From Paraspadella gotoi (Eukaryota; Animalia; Chaetognatha), in assembly GCA_051294375.1 (NCBI GenBank), contig JBJCIZ010000333.1, forward strand, positions 1 through 17,880: DNA of 17,880 nt, given 5' to 3'. The notes beneath the pieces are model-generated. The model did not search any database. It had not been told where the DNA came from and saw only the letters and a program-made list of their open reading frames with translations. The translations under genes were made by a program, and so were the position numbers. Of the stretch, positions 9,368 through 17,880 are shown piece by piece. Numbering within the stretch: position 1 is the first letter of the stretch; every line of letters starts with the position of its first letter.

Positions 9368-9522
9368 CCGGGGGGCAAGCAAATCCTTACTGCCTGGGGG
9401 CGGCCCCTTGTAGCCTCTTTTTTTAGGCCCCAAGGGGCTACTCCAGGGGGAATCCCCCAGGGGCTATAAAAACCTTTCCCCTGGGGGCCACCCCCAGGGG
9501 GATGAATTTGCCTGCCCCCTGG
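9368..9522. repeat. GC-rich foldback (MITE-like) with ~40-bp imperfect inverted arms; second copy at 11240-11394
   Basis: CCGGGGGGCAAGCAAATCCTTACTGCCTGGGGGCGGCCCC compared with the reverse complement of the right arm, CCAGGGGGCAGGCAAATTCATCCCCCTGGGGGTGGCCCC; internal small hairpin GGGGGAATCCCCC. Confidence 0.65.
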
Positions 9523-9689
9523 AACGGCTCTCTCTCCCTCTTATTTCTCTCTCCTCTCTCTCCCTCTTACTCTCTCTTTCTCTATCTCTTTTTTTTTCAT
9601 CTTTTATTAAAATAAAATATAAAAATAAAAATAATATTTTTTATTTCAATTAATCAATCAATGAACCAATAGCTGCGCCCATACCAATA

Positions 9690-9771
9690 TGCATAATTTG
9701 GTCAACTGACATAATTTGGTCAACTGATATAATTTGGTCAACTTTTAGAATTTGGTCAACTTTCATAATTT
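9690..9771 (-). repeat. Inverted copy of the 18-bp minisatellite (about 4.5 units; about 3.5 units in the duplicate at 11545-11608)
   Basis: ATAATTTGGTCAACT units are the reverse complement of the 2471-2700 unit. Confidence 0.9.
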
Positions 9772-12384
9772 TTAATTTTTAATAACATTCAAGTCAATGT
9801 GACTTTTGTTTTTTCCATTAAAACTCACTTTTACTTGCACACTTTTCTACCTACAAACACAATTTTATCTTAATTCNNNNNNNNNNTCGCTACTTTTATC
9901 ACTGGCGAGGTCGCGAAGTCGCCAACCAACTAGAACCATACCTGCGACTCGTGCGTGAATCGCAGGCGACATCGCTATTTGAATGAACTACAACTTAGGC
10001 TTTTATCAATAAAGGGGTAAATTGCAAAGAAAATGAGTTATTTCAAGGCTCCATATTGATACTATGATATCAATGAATTTTCTTTGTTTGGGCAATGAAA
10101 TGTACCTGAGACATTGTAGTTTCATTAGCTAATCTTTATTTTTATAATTTTAAAGGGCATGTTTGGCAAAATCAGTAGGAAACAAAAATGACAACAAATT
10201 TTGAGAAAAAATTTTTAATTTCTTAATTTCTAATTTCTTACTATGACGTCAATGTGTTTGAAAGATAGGCTAAACCCAACAGAATCGGAATCAGTGCATG
10301 ACCGCTGTATATATATAATTTATATATACTTATACAGTAAATATCGCAAAATTAAAAAAAATTAAAAAGAATTCGGACTAAGCGCCGTGTTTATTTTCAG
10401 TATTTTTTAGACTAGACCTTTATGGATTTTTTTTTTGTTCCGGCGGCGTTGGATAGCCCAAACACTGCAGTTTCAGAAATCATCCATGGTTTTGTAATAT
10501 TTACTGCTCTACTGGTGCAAAAATTGCTCGGACCCAAAATTATCAGAAACCGCTTCGTTCTTTCGGATTTTTTTTAAAGCTCGGAGCGACATATCTACTT
10601 TATCTGATGTCACTCTGATTCAAGTTTCACTTTTTTTTGTCTAGGAATGCTGACAGTGTTTAGAGAGGTCGCATTCGATCAAACTGCTCTCTTATGCGGG
10701 CTAAAAGTAAAACAAAAGTACCTTCAATAATGTCTCTCTAAAAATTAAACTCGAAAATGAGTTATTTAACTGTTTTATATTTATTTTTTTTTCTTTTTCT
10801 TTCTGTTTATAAATTAATTTTCTTTTCTAAAATTTGATTTTTTAGTATCAAAATTTGTTGTCAATCCAGATTTTTCTTATCTTTATTTCAATGATCATTA
10901 TTGCTTTTAAGATTTTTTTTTTGATAAACACGCAATGAAAAAAATTTACGCTTTCCCAAGTCACGAATTTACTTAAACTCTATATTTTGCATATTAATAT
11001 TAATTAAAGAGCGCACTTCCCTTACTTCAATGTGTAAATCCATTCTATCTGTTAAAAATTTGGTCAGGTTCTTAACATCAAGAAAGATAAACAAATCAAA
11101 GCAGTTGTACAATGTCACCTTCCAAAATTGACCAGTTTTTCAGCTTCCAGTTCTGTTCACAACTTCAGGAGTCAAGTATGTCATCCTTCAGAATCGCCTC
11201 CCCCGGGGGCGCCGCTAGGGGCGGCCCCGCGGGCCGGCCCCGGGGGGCAAGCAAATCCTTAGTGCCTGGGGGCAGCCCCTTGTAGCCTCTTTTTTTAGGC
11301 CCCAAGGGGCTACTCCAGGGGGAATCCCCCAGGGGCTATAAAAACCTTTCCCCTGGGGGCCACCCCCAGGGGGATGAATTTGCCTGCCCCCTGGAACGGC
11401 TCTCTCTCCCTCCTATTTCTCTCTCCTCTCTCTCTCCCTCTTAATCTCTTTTTTTTTCATCTTTTATTAAAATAAAATATAAAAATAAAAATAATATTTT
11501 TCAATTAATCAATCAATGAACCAATAGCTGCGCCCACACCAATATGCATAATTTGGTCAACTGATATAATTTGGTCAACTTTTAGAATTTGGTCAACTTT
11601 CATAATTTTTAATTTTTAATAACATTCAAGTCAATGTGACTTTTGTTTTTTCCATTAAAACTCATTTTTATTTGCACACTACAAGCAAAATTTTATCTTA
11701 ATTTATCTATGAAATTTTAAATAGTAGAATAAAGAGAGTAGGATGGTTTTAATTTTTTAATTCACTTATAAAAAATAATCAATTAATTAATTAATTATTA
11801 ATATCAGTCTTTAAGTCTGTCCCACATTAGTATTGAATTCAAATTATTCGTGATTAGGTATATGGATTGGAATGAAATCTTGTGTGTGGGTAGAAAAGTG
11901 TGTGATTGAGCTAGATATAAAGTTTTGCTCACTCTCTCGCTCAAACCATCAGCCTTTCCTCAACAACGTGAGTTCATCTGAGGCAATCTACAAACTGACA
12001 ATTATTAATTACAAATCTTAAATGAAAAAAAAATATTTCATGATGTGGAACTCATTTAATGTTGATCACAATTTAAAAATCTTGATAAATAGTTTTTTTT
12101 TTTTGTTTTTTTGGTACTCCATAATTCACTAAGTAGGTCTGTCGATTACTGCCTATTATTTGTTTATTTATGAAAAAGAAGAAAAAAAGAAAAAGGAATT
12201 ATTGTGCCCACGTCATACATTGTTTGCTCAAACTTGTTTTTATATCTTTTAATTGAAATAAAATAATTAAGTTCAAAAATACAAATATTATAATTTTTAG
12301 ATAAAATATGGAATAAACGAGTTAACAATAATTTGAAAAAAAATGTACATTTTTTTCAGTTATATAAAACAAGTCTTGAAAGAT

Positions 12385-12510
12385 AGAAAGAGATAGAGAG
12401 AGAGAAAGAGAGAGAGAGAAAAAAAAATAGAAAAAGAAAAAGAGAGAAAAAAGAGAGAGAGAGAGTAAGAGAAAGAGAGAGAGAGAGAAAGTAAGAGAGA
12501 AAGAGAGAGT
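12385..12510 (+). repeat. Imperfect (GA)n microsatellite; complementary (CT)n tracts at about 9528-9590 and 11400-11450
   Basis: Read directly. Confidence 0.85.
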
Positions 12511-13502
12511 AACCAGACTACAAATAACAATTGTCAGAAAAGTTATATCTTTCTCTATAATAAAACTACTTTTTCTCTACCTTAACCGCCCCTGACGGCG
12601 AAAGCACTTCTTTTTCTCACCAAGGATTACCCCAAGGGCAGACTTTTTTAGCACCCAGGAGTCTATTAGGGCGCTGCACCCCTCAATGCACCATTGACTG
12701 TACTCGCCCCTGAGAATAGATCTGCCCCCTGCGAGGCGCGAATCCCTAGATACCGCAACCCACGCGGGCGGAGGAAAATTATGGGAGATGCACAATAATC
12801 CTCTCAGGAGTGAGGAGAAAAAAACACAATAATTAAATATAATATTATAGCACGAGAATCACTTCACACCCAAAACGTAATTTCAAGAACCAAATTTCCT
12901 CCGAAAAAGGCTTGTTGAAAAAAATCACAATTTTGAAGGCAAAAAACAGCGCGAAAAACCAATGAAAGATTGTAAAGCTATTAGTGGTTTCTTTAATGTC
13001 GAGAAGGACTATTGCACAAAAAAGACACTAATCAAAATGGACGGTCGAATTCACCCACCCTACAGGAAAAGGAATGGGACACCACCGCTTGCATCAAAGT
13101 GGACAGAGTGGCGAGATTAAAACATGCAAGCGACAAACAAAAATGAGATAAACATGAAATAAATTGAAATACAGAAAGACGAAATGAATCGAAATTGGAC
13201 TAATTTTACAACACAGCTCGGCATTCCATTTTTATAGAACGAGAAAAAACTTCTGCGTGTACATTCGGTAAACAAACAAATAACAAATTGGTAAACAAAA
13301 CAATACAAAAAAATTCAAAATAATTTCTTATCAGGCAATAGAATTTCTGAAGAATTCGTCTGGCGATTTTATTTTCTTTCTTATATAATAATACTCAGGA
13401 TCCCCACTTCTTGTGTAATGGGGGCAGTAAATAAACCCAAAAAATTCAATCATGAAGTTAGTCAACTCTTTCAAATAAGCTGTTCCACAAAATTTTTTAG
13501 TG

Positions 13503-13690
13503 AAGAAAATTGAAATCTGCAATCAAAATTAAGAAAAGCCTATTTTGAAATTTTTCGATTTTATAAAGATAGTACTATAAATATAGCCTACTGCGAAAAT
13601 TGAAGAATATAAAATAAATTTTTTTTACAAATTAATGTTCATGATGGTATTTTGTTCATAATTGACCTTTAGAATTTTCGTATGCAACTT
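13503..13690 (-). repeat. About 190-bp dispersed repeat; diverged inverted copy at about 17597-17787
   Basis: Reverse complement shares AAATTCTAAA.GTCAATTATGAACAA.ATACCATCA..GAACATTAATTT and TTCAAAATA.GCTTTTCTTAATTTTGATT.CAGATTT with 17600-17780. Confidence 0.8.
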
Positions 13691-15849
13691 TCACTACACT
13701 CTAATGCTTAATGGCGGTTTGAACATATTGTAATGCCCAACTTCAGTTATTATGATTGTTACTAAATTTTTTCCCTTCAAGCAGTCTGGACAGGAAGTAT
13801 CTACAAAAAAGTAAGCACACCTTAATAAAGAGTCAGAGTACAAGTCTGATATCACTATAAGAAGCAAATTATCATCTATAATAAAATGCAAATTACTTTG
13901 ATAGAAGCTTTTTTATCTGCAACTGTTGGTCCACATCCTCCAACAAATTGAGGATGCCTCCACAGAGCCTCTTGGGATTGGTGCTTATCAAATCATGATT
14001 GGAATATAAACCTAGAGGGTTTTATCAACTAATAAAGCAATATTTGATGCCATAACTCTTATTTTTTTATTTCTGTAGGTGTCAAAAATTTTTAAAAAAA
14101 TTCTTATAAACAGGATATCTTAAAAAGTATTTGGTCAATCAAGATGAAATTTATTGTTTACTGTAATTATATCGTGTTCTATTAATTAAACTTATATCAA
14201 ATAATATAAATAAATATTTTATATGAAATTGGTACAACCAATATAAAAATCATCTATTCATTTAATAAATAAGCTATCTTGCCCCTGACTTTGGACAGGC
14301 TTTGGCGGTTTAAGGCCTCCATCACTATTACAAGATAATGACATCGCAGGTCCCTTCAAGCTTTCAATAAAGACTCTCTCACTCCCAGAGTACCTGGCTT
14401 CCTATCAATGAAGTGGTATAATATTTCAAAGAATGTTTAAATTGTATGAAATCGGGGGGGGGAATTATTGTACTCTGCACTAGCATCAAAATAAAAACGC
14501 ATATATAATTTTATTTTTAAAAGAATCTGTGCAGGAATTATCCTCCAGGATGTAGACACACCAATCTTTTAAAAGATGTATATTAAATTAGAAAGTGCCA
14601 CCTATTTATGAATAAAACTGTGTATAAAATTTTTATAGTACCTCTAAAGCCAAAAAGAGATGGTGCGCAATGTATTGGCAACTACCTAGTGCAGCAGCTA
14701 AAGAGAGAGATCTTTCACTACAGCTGCTAATGCTTAATGGCGGGTTTGAACATCATTCGGTAGTGCCGCAACTCAGTTATTAATGATGGTTACTAAATTT
14801 TTTTCACTTCAGAAGTGCTGGACCAGGAAGTACTCTACAAAAGTAAGCTCACCTTAAATAAAAGAGTCGAGACCGTACAAGTCTGATAATCACTAAAAAG
14901 AAGCAAATTATCAATCGCTATAATAGAATGGTAAATTATTTTGATAAAAACTTTTTTAACTGCACAACTGTTGGTACCACATCTCCAACCAAATGAGGAT
15001 GCTCCATCAGAAGCCTCTTGGGATTGGTGCTTACTCAAGATCAATGATTGGAATATAAACTAAGAACAAACGCGGTTTTCCTATCACTAAGATACAACGC
15101 ACATCTCTTGATGATGAACTGTTATTTTTTATTTTTCTGCTAGCGTGTCCAAAATTTCTTTTAAAAAATTCTTACTAAACATAGATATGCTTAAAAAGTA
15201 TTCTGGTCAACGTCAAGATTCGAAATTTATTGTATTTACTGTAATCTATGATCTATGTTCTATTAATTAACAACTTATATTAAATATATACTATAAGATA
15301 TTTTTAGTATAGAATTGGTACACACCAATAATAAACATCATCTAATTCATATTAATATATATTTACAGCTATTGCTCTGCGCGATTGCTGATCTCTTGGA
15401 CAAGGCCTTTGGCGGTTTACAGGCCTCTCAGGTTGCACTATGATATCGAGCATACGGATAAAGTGACATCGCAGAGATTCCTCTTCAAGGCTTCCATAAA
15501 GACTCTCTCCACTGCCGCAGGTACCTGGCTCCCTATACTGAGTGGCTAATATTTCATAAGACATGTATTAACATTGTATGAAAATCGGGGGGGAATTATT
15601 GTACTCTGACTAGCATCAAAATAAAAACGCATATATAATTTTTATTTTTAAAAAGAATCTTGTGCAGCGAAATTACCTCGAGGATGTAGACAACACCAAA
15701 TCTTTTTAAAAGATGTGATATTACAATAATGAAAAGTGCACCTATTTATGCAAATAAAACTCGTGTATAAAATTCTTTATAGTACCTCTAAATGCTAAAA
15801 GATCAATGGTGCGCGCAATGTCATGGCAACCTCACCTAGTCAGGCAGCT
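13688..15849 (+). other. About 1-kb tandem duplication (13688-14699 and 14712-15849); the second copy looks like an uncorrected long read
   Basis: Copy 2 is roughly 12% longer because of scattered single-base insertions. GAGAGAGAT (the 3' end of the PacBio SMRTbell adapter) sits at the junction, 14703-14711. Confidence 0.8.
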
Positions 15850-15987
15850 GTGCTGGATGCTGTTTGTGGGTCCACTAGAAGTAGTATCGACTCTAAATTT
15901 TAAAATATATAAACTGTCAATGGACTTCTACTACCTTTACATGACTTATGTTGGGCACGGCTTCAACATCTTCATATTTTGATCAAC

Positions 15988-16162
15988 GTGGACGGGTGAT
16001 GTGAAAGGTGTGCCCAAATCTTCATGAGAGCGCGTAACTGCTAAAAGGCGTTTGGACCAATTCTGAATGGCGACTCGTACAACTATTTTCTTTAGGCCAT
16101 GTCCCTCGTGTTTCAACATGCCGTGCAAGATACAAACAACTTTTGGAATATGACACACCTTA
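15988..16162 (-). repeat. Right terminal inverted repeat of the intronic transposon
   Basis: Reverse complement matches 6127-6293; the ORF track shows the shared peptides PKVVCI and GTPFTS in both copies. Confidence 0.85.
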
Positions 16163-16246
16163 GTATCTGTCATTAATAAAGGTTTAGAACAAAATTGAGG
16201 AGCCTTTACTCCCCTTGTTCAGAGTTTGAATTGTCACTCTTCGCAG

Positions 16247-16428
16247 CGAATCCGATTATTCGAAGAGGCGCCTTCGCTCTCGTTTATCCGACGGGCTTAT
16301 TCAAAGTTTTCGTCAGCGATGTGTACAACCATGCGAGGATCTTCTTGAGGAGGACTGAGGACTGCCATTTTTCGCTGACGCCCACAATCCGCAGCAGCAG
16401 TAACGTCTATTCGTCGAAAAGCGATTAA
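16247..16428 (+). CDS. KXD1: Probable terminal coding exon of KXD1 (indel-damaged sequence)
   Basis: After acceptor CTCTTCGCAG (ends 16246) the sequence CGA ATC CGA TTA..AAG AGG CGC..TAT CCG ACG..GCT TAT TCA AAG reads, with a few single-base corrections, RIRLLKRRL...YPTAYSK. This is the expected continuation of exon 3 (human [20 protein letters not shown] as recalled). The stop position is approximate. Confidence 0.7.
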
Positions 16429-16579
16429 TTAAAGTTAACATACTCATGGCAACCGCGGGCCATGCGATCTCGTGTGGCATCCGGGTGGCGCATCTTGCGC
16501 CCGGCAGCTGCGCGCTAACAGGCTCTTGGAGCCTGCAGTGACCATATAAAATATCCATTTGATTTGACATAAACTAGAG

Positions 16580-16787
16580 CCTATCTTGCCCTGACTTCTG
16601 CGACAGCGCTTTGGTGTTTAAAGGCTCCATCATCTTAACATAGATAATTACATAGCCGGTCCGATGCAAGCCTTTCAATGCAGACTCTCTCAACCATCCG
16701 TTTAATTCACTCCCAGCAAGTACCTGACTTCCTATCCAATGATACGTGGAAATCATTCTCAAAGCACATGTTCAATTTGTATGAAAG
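16580..16787 (+). repeat. Third, partial and diverged copy of 14272-14452
   Basis: CTATCTTGCCC..TGACTT, AGACTCTCTC, CACTCCCAG..GTACCTG.CTTCCTATC and TTGTATGAAA occur in the same order. Confidence 0.75.
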
Positions 16788-16874
16788 CACTCTAAACTAT
16801 CTTATTTTAATTATACTAATTCGTTTAAAGCTATTTACAATATATAACACTTTATTACAATACACAAAGGATTT

Positions 16875-16915
16875 CCGGGATTCGATCCCGGGACCTTTAA
16901 GCCAATGACTCTAAC
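16875..16915 (-). other. tRNA-like T-arm remnant (possible tRNA-derived SINE head); not an intact tRNA
   Basis: Minus strand reads GTTAGAGTCATTGGCTTAAAGGTC-CCGGG-ATCGAAT-CCCGG: a variable-loop-like AGGTC, 5-bp stem and 7-nt B-box-like loop. No full cloverleaf. Confidence 0.3.
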
Positions 16916-17064
16916 AGTATACATTAGTGGTTTTTCACCACTCTGGTATTTATCAAAATAGATATTCCATTCTTTACCTTAAATTAACTCAATCAGTTTA
17001 AGACAAAAAAAAACAATACTGCCGTTCTTATATACATATTCATGCTAGAGTATACTAGCAAATG

Positions 17065-17089
17065 NNNNNNNNNNNNNNNNNNNNNNNNN
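17065..17089. other. 25-N assembly gap
   Basis: Run of 25 N. Confidence 0.99.
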
Positions 17090-17880
17090 TGTTTTGTGGT
17101 TCCTCTTATAGAACCTTACTAATGTTATTTCTTTATTCATTCTCAAAGAATCTTCTTTACAAAGTTGATGCCATTCTCCATAATGTTATTATTTATTTCC
17201 TGTTAATGTTTGTTAATTGTTATTAATATTTATTGATTTACATTATTGTTTGTTATTGCTATTACTTTTTAATGCATATTGAAACTAATTAGTGAGGGAC
17301 AGACGCACGTGGCGAATTGCAAACGATCGCCACATTCCTTGCAAAAAGTTGATATAAGAAAGTATAATTTTTTTTTTTTAATTCTTTCATTAAGTTGGTT
17401 AAAAATGTAAAGACCTATATTTAAGACACTGATTTTTAATTTCCAGTTAAAAAATATATTTTTTTTGTAATTTTAACCGACTTAATGACAATTTTCGAAA
17501 AAGGATTATATTTTCTTCGATCAACTTTTTATAAGGAATCTGAATCTGTTCTCAAAATTTAAAAAAAATCATTTTAAAATTTTGACATTATATAGTAGAG
17601 CGTACCGAAATTCTAAAAGTCAATTATGAACAACATACCATCACTGAACATTAATTTATAAAAAAAATTAATTTTATGTTTTTTTAATTTTTGCAGTAAG
17701 CTATATTTATATATAGTACTATCCTTATAAAATCAAAAAAATTCAAAATAAGCTTTTCTTAATTTTGATTACAGATTTGAATTCCTCGTCAAAAGTTGAT
17801 AAAAAAAAATATAAATCATTTTTATTAAATTCTTTCATTTAGTGGGTTAAAAATTAAAACAAGTTTGAGCAAACAATGTC

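Larger units (their letters stand above)
8022..11703 (+). other. About 1.8-kb direct duplication (8022-9876 and 9887-11703) separated by a 10-N gap; probable haplotype-overlap assembly artefact
   Basis: Both copies start TCGCTACTTT..ACTGGCGAGGTCGCGAAG and end TTTTATCTTAATT; the copies abut the gap at 9877-9886 exactly. Confidence 0.85.
6127..16162. mobile_element. Large TIR DNA transposon (hAT-like, probably non-autonomous and nested) filling KXD1 intron 3
   Basis: Left end TAGGGTGTGTCATATCCAAAAGTTGTTTGTATCTT, right end AAGATACAAACAACTTTTGGAATATGACACACCTTA; inverted similarity continues about 170 bp inward. GTATCTG flanks both ends (6120-6126 and 16163-16169). A YAGNG terminus is typical of hAT elements. 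Confidence 0.75.

Noticed and set aside
13503-17787. Inverted pair 13503-13690 and 17597-17787 as the TIRs of one 4.3-kb element
   Set aside because: The span would cross the right TIR of the larger element and the KXD1 last exon, and no TSD was seen; better read as two dispersed copies.

Overview
AT-rich eukaryotic (probably invertebrate animal) genomic DNA with short GT-AG introns, from a draft assembly that looks long-read gap-filled. Three closely spaced + strand genes are present. (1) The last three coding exons of an NSUN5/Rcm1-type rRNA m5C methyltransferase (3277-4406). (2) A two-exon, 61-aa single-pass membrane microprotein candidate that is absent from the ORF track (4761-5016). (3) A KxDL-motif protein (KXD1) whose exons 1-3 lie at 5453-6051 and whose last exon lies about 10 kb away at 16247-16428. 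Nearly all of that last KXD1 intron is one large DNA-transposon-like insertion (6127-16162) with ~170-bp imperfect terminal inverted repeats, a flanking GTATCTG(T) target-site duplication, a transposase-like first exon and nested repeats. Two large tandem duplications (8022-11703 and 13688-15849) and several frameshifts look like assembly artefacts rather than biology. All family assignments come from recalled protein sequences and motifs, not from database searches.
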